Of a DNA stretch of 64,000 nucleotides, positions 16,869-27,759 are shown piece after piece; the stretch's first letter is position 1, and each line of letters starts with the position of its first letter. Source of the stretch: an uncultured delta proteobacterium (GTDB lineage Bacteria; Desulfobacterota; BSN033; UBA1163); NCBI GenBank assembly GCA_963827685.1, contig CAWHBU010000002.1:1-64000 (forward strand), given 5' to 3'. The position numbers and the translations under genes were made by a program. Below the pieces are notes generated by a model that did no database searches, had not been told where the DNA came from, and saw only the letters and a program-made list of their open reading frames with translations.

Positions 16869-18463
16869 CAGTCTGTTGAAAAACTAAGCATTTATCAGCA
16901 ACCCTGAAGAAAATATTGAGTTCGAAACCTGAAAAGAGTCATCAAACCAAATAATTTAGAAAATGTCTTTGAAAGAAACGATTCCCCAAGCTGTTGGGCC
17001 ACCTGGGCTTGCTTTGTGTATCCTCCTTTGGATAACAGCTTTACCATCCTTTTTATATTCTGCGCTGTCGCCGTCATTAATACCTGTTCTCTGATAAACT
17101 TCCGCCTCCGGAATTTAGCCCTCCTCAGTCCCATCCACTCCTTTGCTTCTCCAAATAGCTCCTCAATCCTCTTCCTCATCCTCTGCGATATCCGATAAGC
17201 CCTTGTTTGATTGATTTGCCTCGCTTGATTGATAAACTCCTCATAAATGTGATAACTGAGTGATCTGGACCTGTCCCTCGTACACTCCGCCTTCCTCGAA
17301 CACACTTTGCAATCCTTCGCCCTCGCCCTATAGACATGCTGCTTACTGGGTTTATGAATTCCCCAATATTTCAACTCCTTCCCCGACGGACAGAGAAACC
17401 GGTTTTCACCCGGATCAAAGCTAAATTGTTCTATCGAGTAGATCCCTCGATCGTTTTGACTCCGAGAATCCATGATTGGAATGTGAGGCTGTACCTTCTC
17501 TTTGACCAGTGCATTGATAAATTCTCCCGTGGAGTACCCCTTATCTGCTCCTAAGCTCTCCGGCTTTATCCCAAAAGCAAATGGAATCCTTCGTATCTGC
17601 TTCAACGCCTTTTCGCAGTCAGTTTTCCGATCTGGTTTTCCCACATCCGCCCCTACGATGATCCGGCTCCGGTTGTCCATGATATAGGTCACTCCATGAT
17701 AAAGTTGGGTGTTTGCTTTCAACGATTTCCTTGCCAGACGGGCATCCGGATCGGTCTTGGACCGATGAGTCCCATTGCTTATTTTCTGACCCCGATGGGG
17801 ATAGTCGTCCCCAGGCTCCCAAGGCTCTTCTGTTACAGGGTTTTCTCTCTCTAATTTCTCTATGTATTCTCCTGTCCCCATGGTCACCACTATTGGTTCT
17901 AGACTCTTTAAGGCCGCATTGGCTTGTACATAGGTGCTGTCCACCGTCAGATGCTTTCCTGTTAACAACCCCTGAGAGACACATTGATTCACAATCTCGT
18001 CAAAGATTCTCTGAAATAGATCGCTCTCTGAAAACCGCTCATGCCGATTCTTGGAGAAGGTCGAATGATCTGGCACCTTGTCTTCAAGGTTCAAGCCCAC
18101 AAACCACCTGTACCCAATGTGCATCTGTACTTCTTCGCATAGGCGACGCTCTGATGTGATTCCATACAGATACCCAATTAAAAGCATCCTGAGTAATACC
18201 TCCGGATCAATCGATGGACGCCCTGTATGACTGTATAGATGCTTCACTTTGTCCCGAATGAATTTTAGATCGATATGTCTGTCGATCAATCTTAGAAGAT
18301 GGTTCTCTGGAACGATATCTTCCATCCGGACATAGTAGAACATGCGCTCACTTCGTGGGTTTTCTCCTAACAATGGCTCCTCCTTTATTCAAAAGTTGCC
18401 ATATTCTACCATTGTGATATATTAAAGCAAAGAATTTATTGAATAGAGTTTTTCAACAGACTG
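16869..18463 (-). mobile_element. IS1182-family element type A, copy 2
   Basis: Same IRs as copy 1; TSD TCAA. Confidence 0.93.
16895..18373 (-). CDS. IS1182-family transposase (type A)
   Basis: Protein identical to 14228-15706. Confidence 0.93.
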   Translation of the reverse strand: MLGENPRSERMFYYVRMEDIVPENHLLRLIDRHIDLKFIRDKVKHLYSHTGRPSIDPEVLLRMLLIGYLYGITSERRLCEEVQMHIGYRWFVGLNLEDKVPDHSTFSKNRHERFSESDLFQRIFDEIVNQCVSQGLLTGKHLTVDSTYVQANAALKSLEPIVVTMGTGEYIEKLERENPVTEEPWEPGDDYPHRGQKISNGTHRSKTDPDARLARKSLKANTQLYHGVTYIMDNRSRIIVGADVGKPDRKTDCEKALKQIRRIPFAFGIKPESLGADKGYSTGEFINALVKEKVQPHIPIMDSRSQNDRGIYSIEQFSFDPGENRFLCPSGKELKYWGIHKPSKQHVYRARAKDCKVCSRKAECTRDRSRSLSYHIYEEFINQARQINQTRAYRISQRMRKRIEELFGEAKEWMGLRRAKFRRRKFIREQVLMTATAQNIKRMVKLLSKGGYTKQAQVAQQLGESFLSKTFSKLFGLMTLFRFRTQYFLQGC

Positions 18464-19220
18464 TCAAGGGCTGACCCTGTGTTTTTATTGCCAAGCTTTT
18501 TTCGATGAAAACGAAGAAATATCTGCACCGCCACCCTGTGGATTGTGATTGGAATATACATATTTTATGAGAGTTGGTCAACCGAAACTTTCAGAAAGAA
18601 AGAGTCAAAGAAGTGGGCTGTTTGTTACACCTCTTCACCTTTGATAAGAGCGAGGGATGAATGATTATGATAGAAACCATCAATGACGCCGTGGTATGCG
18701 GTCTTCTTTCACTACAATTCTAAAGGCCAGGAGGTACCCTCTCTCCTTTTTACACAGAGAGCTTGACAGCCAACCCCTTTTTCCCGTATATTCAATCCAA
18801 CCCAAGATGAGTTCTGATAAAAAATCCCCGCCAACAATTTGTGCTGAAGGAATTGGGCCCAGATACAGAGGTCAAAGTAACCGCTCCGGCTGGGGAGGTT
18901 AACTTCACTCCAGTCTAATTTCAAATCATGCCTTTCAAGAATTTCACAGACACGAATGGACCATTTCTTTTGAAGATCGCCCACAAAATAATCGGGAAGA
19001 TGACTTAGAAAATGCCATGACTAAGGGTCCTAAACCTTATCAAAAATGGAAGAAACCGAGGGGAGCGCCACTGCCGCGTCCAAGAATTTGGGCGAGCAAG
19101 GGTGCCAGAGGTCGCCTTGTTGCAAACCCACCGAAGAAGAAAGGAGGTCAAATTATTTTGTCAGCGGATAGATGGCTTATTTAAGTAGTATTATCTAAAA
19201 CCAATCAAAGGAGGACTCTC

Positions 19221-20459
19221 ATGAAAAAAACAATCTTTTTCCCAACCTTGGCAGTATTTTTTTTGATGATGCTCCTTAGTTTTTCTTCTCCAGCGCATTC
19301 AGCAAAAGAGCCCATTGTTGTCGGGTTCATCCATTCGATGAGCGGAGCTATGTCCATGTATGGTATTAGCTCCGAGGCCGGAGGACAAATCGCTGTGGAG
19401 GAAATCAATGCCGCTGGCGGGATTCTGGGCCGGCCCCTGAAAATGATCACCCGGGACGATAAACTAAATGCCGAGACAGGGTTAAGGGAGGCCAAGGATC
19501 TCATATTAAGCGAGAAGGCTGATTTTCTCACTGGAACAATCAGCAGTGCTGTGGCCTTGGCCATCTCGAACTATGTAAAAAGAGAAAAGAAAATCTTTCT
19601 CGTCAACATTTCTCAATCCTCGAGTTTAACAGAGGAGAACTGGCATCGTTATATTTTCCGGATCGACACGAATGCCGTTCCCTATTGGGGATATGCCCCG
19701 GCTCTGGCCCTGGCGAAAAAATGGAAAGACAAAAAGATCGTTAGTCTTGGTTTCGATTACGAAACGGGGAAAAACTCCCTCAAGGCTTTCAAAGAAAAAT
19801 ACTTGGAACTGGTTCCAGATGCCAAAATTATAGACGAACTCTGGGCCCCTTTGGGGACGACCGACTTTACCGCTTACATTTCCAAAATAGCTAACTCTGG
19901 AGCAGACGCCTTTTTTCTCGCTTGCATTTACGGAGGAGGAGAATTAGCTTTTTCCAAACAGGCCTATGCCTTCGGCCTTTATGACAAGATGCATGCGATT
20001 CAGCCCTGTGCGGGTGATATAGAAACCTGGTTTAGCATTAAGAAGGGAGATCCCTACCCCAAAGGAACCTTGGCCACCTGCCGGTACCCATTCTGGGCCA
20101 TTAAGGATCCGAAAAGCAAACAATTCGCCGAAAAACACAACAAGAAAGTCGGGTTTTTGCCCTCCTATGGGGCCATGAACCAGTATTTAATCATGTACGC
20201 CTTGAAGGCCGCCATCGAAAAGGTTGGAGCCGTTGATACGGAGAAGATCATCAATGCTCTGGAAGGGATGGTCCTGGATAGCTTTGTGGGGAAGATCCCC
20301 ATCCGGCCTTATGACCACCAAGCCATGATGCCAAACTGGTATGGGATTATGGATTTTACTCCCGAATTCTCCTTCCCCCATATCACCAAGATTGATGTCA
20401 TCGGGGAAGAAGGGTACCACACCGTTGAACAGATCAAGAAGCTTCGGGAAGGCAAGTAA
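19221..20459 (+). CDS. Branched-chain amino acid-type ABC substrate-binding protein
   Basis: Signal peptide; EEINAAGGILGRPL, GTTDFTAYISKI, IRPYDHQA. Confidence 0.9.
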   Translation: MKKTIFFPTLAVFFLMMLLSFSSPAHSAKEPIVVGFIHSMSGAMSMYGISSEAGGQIAVEEINAAGGILGRPLKMITRDDKLNAETGLREAKDLILSEKADFLTGTISSAVALAISNYVKREKKIFLVNISQSSSLTEENWHRYIFRIDTNAVPYWGYAPALALAKKWKDKKIVSLGFDYETGKNSLKAFKEKYLELVPDAKIIDELWAPLGTTDFTAYISKIANSGADAFFLACIYGGGELAFSKQAYAFGLYDKMHAIQPCAGDIETWFSIKKGDPYPKGTLATCRYPFWAIKDPKSKQFAEKHNKKVGFLPSYGAMNQYLIMYALKAAIEKVGAVDTEKIINALEGMVLDSFVGKIPIRPYDHQAMMPNWYGIMDFTPEFSFPHITKIDVIGEEGYHTVEQIKKLREGK

Positions 20460-20480
20460 AGCCTCCCGGGGCGTTTTTTT
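20460..20480 (+). terminator. Hairpin plus T-run after the substrate-binding protein gene (weak terminator or stabiliser)
   Basis: gcctcccggggcgttttttt. Confidence 0.4.
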
Positions 20481-20577
20481 ATGCACCCTGCGGTGAAGCT
20501 TTAAATGACTGATTTTGACGAGGATGCCGGGGAGGTGATTCTCCTTCCCCGGTGTCTCGAAAGAGAGGACGAATCTC

Positions 20578-21456
20578 GTGACCTTTGAGGCGATTGCGGG
20601 GCAGACCTTGAGCGGGATCAGCGTGGGAATGGTCCTGTTCTTAATCGCTGCCGGCCTGTCTATTATTTTTGGTACCTTGAAAGTATTGAACCTCGCCCAC
20701 GGGTCCATCTATATGTTGGGCGGGTTCTTGTGTTATGGATTTACTTCCACTTTTGCTTCCCTCCCGGGTGTGTTCTGGTGGACCCTGCTGGCGGCCCCCT
20801 TGATGGTCGCCGTGGCGGGCGGCCTTATCGAAATCTTTCTCTTGCGTCGGATTTATGCCCAGGAAATGCTTTATCAGTATATTCTAACCTTCGGGTTGAT
20901 TCTAATTATCGGAGAGACGTGTAAGTTTATCTGGGGGGTCGGATACCACACCGTAGGAACCCCCTGGCCATTTAACGGGAAAGTATCTTTATGGGGATTG
21001 TCTTTCCCGGTATATAACCTTTTTCTGATTGGCTGTGGATTTGCAGTTTTTATCGGACTCGCGTCCTTGATGCGCTACACCGGATTGGGAAGAATTATCC
21101 GGGCCGTAACCTACCATCGGGAGATGGCCAGCGCCCTCGGAATCAATGTGCCCAAAGTCTACACGGGGGTATTCATGCTGGGGTGCTGGCTCGGGGGGCT
21201 GGCTGGAACATTGATGCCTCCTATGTCCGTGGTCGCTTTAGGTTCGGATATGGCGGTCATCATTGAGTGTTTTATCATCGTGGTCATCGGCGGGCTGGGC
21301 AGTCTACCCGGTGCCTTCATCGGGGCCATCATTCTTGGGCTGCTAACCGCGTTTGGCATCTATATCATTCCGAAACTGGCTGTGGCCTTTGCTTTCATGT
21401 TGATGATTGTCATTCTGATTATCCGGCCCTGGGGGTTGATGGGCAAACCGGAATGA
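20578..21456 (+). CDS. LivH-like ABC permease
   Basis: GLSIIFGTLKVLNLAHG, VVIGGLGSLPGA, RPWGLMG. Confidence 0.9.
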   Translation: MTFEAIAGQTLSGISVGMVLFLIAAGLSIIFGTLKVLNLAHGSIYMLGGFLCYGFTSTFASLPGVFWWTLLAAPLMVAVAGGLIEIFLLRRIYAQEMLYQYILTFGLILIIGETCKFIWGVGYHTVGTPWPFNGKVSLWGLSFPVYNLFLIGCGFAVFIGLASLMRYTGLGRIIRAVTYHREMASALGINVPKVYTGVFMLGCWLGGLAGTLMPPMSVVALGSDMAVIIECFIIVVIGGLGSLPGAFIGAIILGLLTAFGIYIIPKLAVAFAFMLMIVILIIRPWGLMGKPE

Positions 21457-21468
21457 GGAAAATCGGGG

Positions 21469-22446
21469 ATGAACCGTTTGGTCAATGCGTTAAATTCCCA
21501 CCGCTTCGTGCCGCTGCTGGCGTTGCTTCTCTTTCTTTTCATTGTGCCCTTCATCATGAAGCCAAGCTGGGTAAGCCTGGTCAATGAAATGTTGATCATG
21601 GCCCTGGCCGGTTGCGCCCTGAACCTGATGCTGGGCTACACTGGAATGGTCTCCTTTGGCCCGGCGGGTCTGTATGCCGTAGGAGCTTACACGACGGCCA
21701 TTCTCCTGACCCGTTATCGGTTTCCGTTTGCGATCGCGGTGATTTCCGCCCCGGTCTTGGCCGGAATCATTGGGGGCCTGATCGGGTGGTTTTGTGTTCG
21801 CCGAAGCGCCGTCTACTTTGCTTTGCTCACCCTGGCGTTCGCCCAGATTATCTGGACCGTCATCTTTGAATGGTATGGCTTTACCGGGGGCGACAACGGC
21901 ATTGTCTCGATCCCCATCCCGGAATTTTTCTTTTCGATCAGCCATTGCTATTATCTTACCCTGATAGTGGTGGGGATCAGTTTGCTCCTGCTATGGACGA
22001 TCGTTCAGTCCCCGTTCGGAAAGACGCTTCAGGCCATACGAGAAAATCCCGGAAGAACAGAATTCATAGCTATTCATCTGAAAAGATATCAGCTGGCGGC
22101 CTTTGTTCTGTCGAGCGCATTTCTTGGTATCGCGGGTTCTTTGTTCTGTGTTTTCAGCGGAAGCGTTTTCCCAGATTATGCTCATTGGGTGAAATCCACG
22201 GATATGCTGGTCATCTGCCTTTTAGGAGGGTTTTATAATTTTGCGGGCCCGATCGTCGGCTCCGCCGTCTATATTTTGCTCAGCAAGATGATTGCCAAAC
22301 AGACCATGTTCTGGATGTTTTTCCTGGGGGTCATCATCGTCTTCCTGGTTTTGTTCATGCGGAACGGCATTGTAGGATTTCTCTCGGAGAAACTCGCCCC
22401 TGCTCTCCACAAAACCACTGGATCCGGCCCGGACGAGGGAACCTAA
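21469..22446 (+). CDS. LivM-like ABC permease
   Basis: LGYTGMVSFG, YFALLTLAFAQ, TGGDNG, SPFGKTLQAIREN. Confidence 0.9.
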   Translation: MNRLVNALNSHRFVPLLALLLFLFIVPFIMKPSWVSLVNEMLIMALAGCALNLMLGYTGMVSFGPAGLYAVGAYTTAILLTRYRFPFAIAVISAPVLAGIIGGLIGWFCVRRSAVYFALLTLAFAQIIWTVIFEWYGFTGGDNGIVSIPIPEFFFSISHCYYLTLIVVGISLLLLWTIVQSPFGKTLQAIRENPGRTEFIAIHLKRYQLAAFVLSSAFLGIAGSLFCVFSGSVFPDYAHWVKSTDMLVICLLGGFYNFAGPIVGSAVYILLSKMIAKQTMFWMFFLGVIIVFLVLFMRNGIVGFLSEKLAPALHKTTGSGPDEGT

Positions 22447-23204
22447 TGATTTTGGAAACTCAGAAACTTGTGAAATCGTTTGGGGGCCTGACGGCTGTTT
22501 TTGATGTCAATCTCCATATCCGGCAAGGAGAGCTGGTATCGATCATCGGGCCCAATGGCGCCGGGAAGACGACCCTATTCAACCTTCTCACCGGGCACAT
22601 ACCCGTTGATTCGGGGAGGGTGATTTTCAAAGGGAAAGATATCACCAAACTGCCTCCTCATGCGATTTCGCGCATGGGCATCGGCCGTTCCTTTCAGCGG
22701 CTGAATATTTTCCCCCGACTGAGCGCCTTTGAGAACGTCCAGGTGGCCGTCTTCTCCGAGCAACGGAAAAGCCGCAATGTATTTGCCCGGGCTTCCAAAC
22801 TGGCTCGGCAGGAGACCGAAGCGATTTTGAGAAGCGTGGGGCTTCTGGATAAGAAAAACATTAAAGGGGGGCTCTTGGCCCATGGAGACCAAAAACGATT
22901 GGAAATGGGAATCGCCCTGGCGGTTGAACCCAGCTTGCTCCTACTGGATGAGCCGACTCAAGGAATGAGTCCCAGGGAAAGCGGCGAGCTTACCCAGTTG
23001 ATTCAAAAACTGGTCAGAGAACGGGGATTGACGCTCATCTTTGTGGAACACGACATGAACGTCGTCTTCGGCATTTCCGATAGCATAAAAGTCCTGCACC
23101 AGGGAAAGATCATATTTGAGGGTAAGCCCGACAAAGTCAAGAAAAACGAAGATGTCCAAAGAATTTATTTGGGAGATGAAAAAGGAACATGGTCCTCGCT
23201 GTAA
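22446..23204 (+). CDS. LivG-like ABC ATP-binding protein
   Basis: GPNGAGKTT, LLLDEPT, VEHDM. Confidence 0.92.
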   Translation: MILETQKLVKSFGGLTAVFDVNLHIRQGELVSIIGPNGAGKTTLFNLLTGHIPVDSGRVIFKGKDITKLPPHAISRMGIGRSFQRLNIFPRLSAFENVQVAVFSEQRKSRNVFARASKLARQETEAILRSVGLLDKKNIKGGLLAHGDQKRLEMGIALAVEPSLLLLDEPTQGMSPRESGELTQLIQKLVRERGLTLIFVEHDMNVVFGISDSIKVLHQGKIIFEGKPDKVKKNEDVQRIYLGDEKGTWSSL

Positions 23205-23899
23205 AGGAAATAGACACCTTCTATGGACTCAGCCACATCCTCTTTGGTGTTTCTCTCGAAGTAAAGCAGAGCGAAACCGTCTGTATTTTGGGAAGAAACG
23301 GAGTTGGCAAGACGACTACCCTCCGGAGCATCATGGGTCTTGCCCCACCGCGTTCAGGGAGCATAAAATTCATGGGCGAAGAAATTAGGGGGAAACAGCC
23401 CTTCGATATTTACCGCTTGGGCATTGGTCTGGTGCCTGAAGATCGGATTATCTTTCCGGACCTTACTGTTCACGAAAATCTTGAGATTGCAATCAAGAAG
23501 GGTAAAAGATGGAAAACGATTGAAGGCTGGACCATTGAGAAAGTTCACCAGTTGTTTCCCATATTGAAGGCGAGGGACAAGCAATGGGGAGGGACCCTTT
23601 CCGGAGGAGAACAGCAGATGCTCACCATCGCCAGGACCCTAATGGGCAACCCCCGTCTCCTGCTCTTAGACGAACCGTCGGAGGGACTAGCTCCGCTCGT
23701 TGTTAAGGCGATCGAGGAACAAACCTTGTTGCTCAAGAAAGAAGGGATGACGATCCTTCTTTCAGAGCAAAATTCCAACTTTGCCCTTAAGATTTCCGAC
23801 CGCGGCTATATACTCGAAAAAGGTCTTGTGGCCTGGCAAGGGGATATCTCGGAGTTGAAAGGAAACCCGGAAATCATGAAAAATTATTTAGGCCTATGA
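23189..23899 (+). CDS. LivF-like ABC ATP-binding protein
   Basis: GRNGVGKTT, LSGGEQQM, LDEPSEGLAP, SEQN. Confidence 0.92.
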   Translation: MVLAVKEIDTFYGLSHILFGVSLEVKQSETVCILGRNGVGKTTTLRSIMGLAPPRSGSIKFMGEEIRGKQPFDIYRLGIGLVPEDRIIFPDLTVHENLEIAIKKGKRWKTIEGWTIEKVHQLFPILKARDKQWGGTLSGGEQQMLTIARTLMGNPRLLLLDEPSEGLAPLVVKAIEEQTLLLKKEGMTILLSEQNSNFALKISDRGYILEKGLVAWQGDISELKGNPEIMKNYLGL

Positions 23900-23926
23900 G
23901 ATCACTTTATTCAGACTCATTAGAAA

Positions 23927-24127
23927 ATGAGGTTTTTAGGGGAGCAGATTCGGAAGCTAAAGGCCGAGCGGCCGATGATCCTTCTTTGCGAGCAAAACAC
24001 CCACTTTTCTTTTCCGTTAAGCGACCGTGCCTATATCATTGAGAAAGGCAGCATTCAATACCACGGAAAAATCGCCGAACTTAAGGAAAGCCCGACCATC
24101 ATGTTACGCTACCTGGAAATCACCTAG
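23927..24127 (+). pseudogene. C-terminal fragment of a second LivF-like ATPase
   Basis: ILLCEQNTHFSFPLSDRAYIIEKG...ELKESPTIMLRYL parallels the end of 23189-23899; no Walker A. Confidence 0.65.
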
Positions 24128-24252
24128 ACCTGGGCGGCGATTCCAATGACAGGGCACCTCGTCACATCCTTCGTTTCGTCCTCCCCTATGGAATGCGTCT
24201 AAAGCCCCTCATAAAGAACTCCTTCATAATTTTCCATCCAACCGCACGGGCT

Positions 24253-25028
24253 CTATTCCTTCTTCAAAAAGATGCCTGTGGGATCGAGTTCTTCTCTCAG
24301 AATGCGGATCAGTTCCGGAGTGGGCCGTTCTGTCTCCCGGACATGATCAGAGACTTTCAAGTCCCAGCCTGTGTTTTCTTTGACCTTCTCGATCGTAACT
24401 CCGGGATGGTGTGATTCGAGATACATTTCTCTTGTTTCGGGATGAAACCGGAGAATGCCCATCGTTGATACAACCGCGCTCGGGCCACTGCCCGGCAGAC
24501 CCAGTTTCTCTCTCTGGCCTCTTCCGGAGAGAAATCCCGGCGTCGTTATGAAATCGACCTTTTCCGGAAATCTTCGTTTTTCATGGAGCATCATGATGAT
24601 CGTGCGCTTGCATCCGGCGCCAATATCATTGTTGCCGCCGCTTCCGGCAAGACGCACCCGGGGATTTCGATAATCCCCGATGACGTGCGTATTCAGATTG
24701 CCATATCTATCGATCTGGGCCCCCCGAGGAAACCGACATCAATATCTCCGGCATGAACCATACCGAGGCCTTCCATGAGACCGCCCTGCATTGCGGAACC
24801 GGGCGCGAGAACGGAATCGGCAACGGAAAAAGGTGTCACTAAAGGCTTGCAATCGATTGCCCCCGATTCATAAATGGCGACCATATTCGGAGCATGCGTC
24901 TTTTGAGCCAGAATTGCACCAAGAAGAGGAAGCCCCGTTCCAATAATGACTTTTTCCCCATCCTTAATTTCTCTTGCGGCCGCGACCGCCATCAATTCCT
25001 GTAATGTGAAATCCTGGTAAGGACTCAT
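24253..25028 (-). CDS. Family I CoA-transferase beta subunit (GctB-like), 1-bp frameshift at the G-run ~24720-24725
   Basis: GTGLPL, IYESGAID, FLGG|AQIDRYGNLN, RLAGSGGNND, VDFITTPG; one extra G restores the frame. Confidence 0.82.
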
Positions 25029-25038
25029 GATCCCCTCC

Positions 25039-25983
25039 TTAATAACCGTAATTCACCGAGGCGCAGCTCATGTCTTCCGCTTTAAAGCTCAGAAATTTTT
25101 TCAGGCCGAAGGTTTGGATATACTTTTCCAGGTAAGCATTCCTGTCCTTGACCCCATACACCCATTCATCCATAAATTTCCGCCAGCCTTCCTGCTGCTT
25201 TGATTCCCGAATGTATTTAAATATGAAATCCCGATCCGCGTCATAATATCCCTGGATGTTCTTCGGATGGGCCCCGAATGACTCGTGCAAAACAGCGACA
25301 ACTTTGTATCCCGGCAAGATGGTCCTGTTAGGATCCCCGCTGATCACCCTACGGCTCACTATCTCTTCGACAGAAACAATAACCTTTTTGCTGGCCCGCA
25401 TGCTCCAGGGTAAATCGCCGCAAATCCCCCACATCTGCACGTTCCCTTCCGCATCCGCTCTTTGGGCATGGAAATAGCCGATGTCGGGCACGAGCGCCGG
25501 AACAACGGCATGTTCGACACCGGAACCAAAAGGATCTTTTACCAACTTTACCTTGCCGTCCCCCATCCAGGCGGAATGCGTCATCATATCGCTTCCCATT
25601 AGGGAATGCAGGGGAATATACGGCAGCCCAAGAGCACCAGCCATCAATCGCGCCATCATCGAGAAATTCGAATAGTCTTCCATTTCGATTTTATGCGGAA
25701 TCCCTTTTTCCATGGCCCTCCGGAAACAGTAGAGCGGCCCGAAGACCTCCATCCAAACATAGGCTGAAATGATCCTGTCGACGCATCCTGCTCCGATCAA
25801 CTGATCTGCATGCTCGTTAAAGCTGGGCGTGCAAATTGTCAGGTGGGCCTTCTTTTGCCTGATGATCTCATGAGTAATTGCAAAAGAGATCCCGTGGAAA
25901 AAACCACCGATAGCCACGGTCATGCCGTTTTCTATGAATTTCGATACGGCTTCTTCAGTGCTCATCACTTTTGATTCTCTCAC
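25039..25983 (-). CDS. Family I CoA-transferase alpha subunit (GctA-like)
   Basis: GTG after GAGGAGG; GMTVAIGG, DQLIGAGCV, AGALGLPY, HAQRADAEGN, GAHP. Confidence 0.85.
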   Translation of the reverse strand: MRESKVMSTEEAVSKFIENGMTVAIGGFFHGISFAITHEIIRQKKAHLTICTPSFNEHADQLIGAGCVDRIISAYVWMEVFGPLYCFRRAMEKGIPHKIEMEDYSNFSMMARLMAGALGLPYIPLHSLMGSDMMTHSAWMGDGKVKLVKDPFGSGVEHAVVPALVPDIGYFHAQRADAEGNVQMWGICGDLPWSMRASKKVIVSVEEIVSRRVISGDPNRTILPGYKVVAVLHESFGAHPKNIQGYYDADRDFIFKYIRESKQQEGWRKFMDEWVYGVKDRNAYLEKYIQTFGLKKFLSFKAEDMSCASVNYGY

Positions 25984-26138
25984 GTAAGATGCCCCTCCTC
26001 TTATTTTGTCTGCACTTTGCTCAAAGATCTCCTCAGCATGTTTTCGGTTACGGTTTCCCTTCGCGCAATGCACATGCCAAGAAGAAACCCATGATCCGTT
26101 ACATCCCCAAAGGGTCGGGCTCTGGGGTCGAATCTTTA

Positions 26139-27759
26139 CGGCCTGTTGCTCAAAAGCCCAATTCAAAAATATCTGAAAATTTAAGTTTCGATGAATGATA
26201 GCCGGGGGTAAATAGAACCAAATAGCACCATTTGGCCAATTTTAAAGCTCATCAGCTCCTTAAAATCTGAAAAAGACCTTATCTCCCTTGTCACAGCCCC
26301 TTTGATCTGCTCCATCATTACCGATGGACTTCTCTTTAGGTAAGATCCATACCTCAGCAAAACCTCAATGTTCTGGACAGCAGAGATCAGGTATTCCTGT
26401 ATCTGCACCCGCCAAAGCCCTCTCCATCGTGCCCGGTCATATCCATACCGCGTCCCTCTGGCATAGGAACGCTCCATCAAATGCTGCCTCACTTTGATAT
26501 CCCGCTTCGCTTTGGCCGATCGACTCGCCTCTCGCATCCTGTCTAGATCTTCCTGCCTCAGATGTCGCTTAATTGTCCGACCCGACTTGTTCTTGGTACA
26601 CTGCTCTCTTAAGTCACATGCTGCACAAATCTTCTTGGGTGCAGCGTAATCTCTACTTTGCCGACTCATATGTAATGATCTAGGCTTCAACCGATGCCCA
26701 GCTGGACAAAGATAGGTGTCACTCTCCCGATCATACTCAAACCGCTCTTCCCCAAAGATATTCTGCTTTTCTGTACGCTTCAATGAAATTTCCCTCAAGT
26801 CCGGCATGTGGGCCTCTACCCCTCTATCATGACACGCCAAAAAGTTCTCGATCGTCCCGTATTTGCTGTCGGCCACCACCGTATCCGCCTTGACCCCTGT
26901 ATTTAAATGGTGGCTCTCTATCAGAGGAATCATCTCATGCGCTTCATTGACATCTCCTGTTGTCGTTTCGATCGCCGTGATCACTTCACTCCGCTCATCC
27001 ACTGCCCGATGAACCTGATAGGAGAGTTTGGGCTTGCCACGATTCACTATCGATGCATCCGGATCGGTCGTTGAAATGTATCGGCTGTTCTCTTTAACGT
27101 ATCTCCTGGAGGAATCCGTGCTCTCGCTCTTTTCCTCTAATCGTGCTTCCAGCTTCTTGTAGCCCTCCTGGAGTTGAACCTTCAACGATCGCGTGTCGAT
27201 CACGGAGTTGTTCGATGCATCCGCATCCACCAGGCTCGAATCCACAAAGATCTTTCTGCCGTCCACTAACCCCGCCTCCACACATTGCCACACCATTCGC
27301 TCAAAGAACCCCCTAAACGCTTCCACTCCCCACCGCGCCCTGGCTTTACTCAAAACACTGTGATCCGGCACCTCACTGTCTATGTCGTACCCTAAAAACC
27401 ATAGCCAGTCTAAACGCATGGGGATCGTTTCCATTAACTCTCGTTCCGATCGAACATTGTAAAGAACTAACAGCAACATCATCTTCAGGATTACAGGAGG
27501 GGGAATGGACACATTCCCGTTGCCCCCATAGGTGTCTCTGACCTCTGCATAGATGAAGTTAAAGTCAATCTGCTCTTGAATCCTTCTCAGAAGGTGTGTC
27601 CGGGGAATCCTTTGTTCCAGGTTCATATGATGATAGAAGATCTTCGGCTGAATTCCTGTCTGTTGTCCCATCATGGCAATATCTCCATTCCTGATTTGTC
27701 TTGCCATGCTTATAGCTCGAATGTATAATCGTTGCAAGCATCATTTGGGCAACAGCCCG
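26139..27759 (-). mobile_element. IS1182-family element type B, copy 1 (1621 bp)
   Basis: IRs CGGGCTGTTGCCCAAA / CGGCCTGTTGCTCAAA; TSD TTTA. Confidence 0.92.
26181..27674 (-). CDS. IS1182-family transposase (type B)
   Basis: GNVSIPPPVILKM, RSERELM, VPDHSVLSKAR, VDSS, TTDPDAS, VADSKYGT, Cys cluster, HLMERSYA; start MMGQQ after GGAG. Confidence 0.92.
   Translation of the reverse strand: MMGQQTGIQPKIFYHHMNLEQRIPRTHLLRRIQEQIDFNFIYAEVRDTYGGNGNVSIPPPVILKMMLLLVLYNVRSERELMETIPMRLDWLWFLGYDIDSEVPDHSVLSKARARWGVEAFRGFFERMVWQCVEAGLVDGRKIFVDSSLVDADASNNSVIDTRSLKVQLQEGYKKLEARLEEKSESTDSSRRYVKENSRYISTTDPDASIVNRGKPKLSYQVHRAVDERSEVITAIETTTGDVNEAHEMIPLIESHHLNTGVKADTVVADSKYGTIENFLACHDRGVEAHMPDLREISLKRTEKQNIFGEERFEYDRESDTYLCPAGHRLKPRSLHMSRQSRDYAAPKKICAACDLREQCTKNKSGRTIKRHLRQEDLDRMREASRSAKAKRDIKVRQHLMERSYARGTRYGYDRARWRGLWRVQIQEYLISAVQNIEVLLRYGSYLKRSPSVMMEQIKGAVTREIRSFSDFKELMSFKIGQMVLFGSIYPRLSFIET

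Larger units (their letters stand above)
16815..18632 (-). repeat. Dispersed repeat copy 3 (variant left module B), split by IS1182-A
   Basis: ttagatacaaactattttattggtctc...tgtcaa|IS|tcaagggctgaccc...core...gtttgttacacct; left module matches 33397-33470. Confidence 0.85.

Noticed and set aside
18640-19200. Short ORFs 18696-18902 and 18712-18984
   Set aside because: No recognisable family or convincing RBS; probably decayed intergenic sequence.
25984-26166. N-terminal extension of the CoA-transferase alpha ORF in the ORF track
   Set aside because: It starts inside the IS end; a GTG at 25983 with a strong RBS is more plausible.
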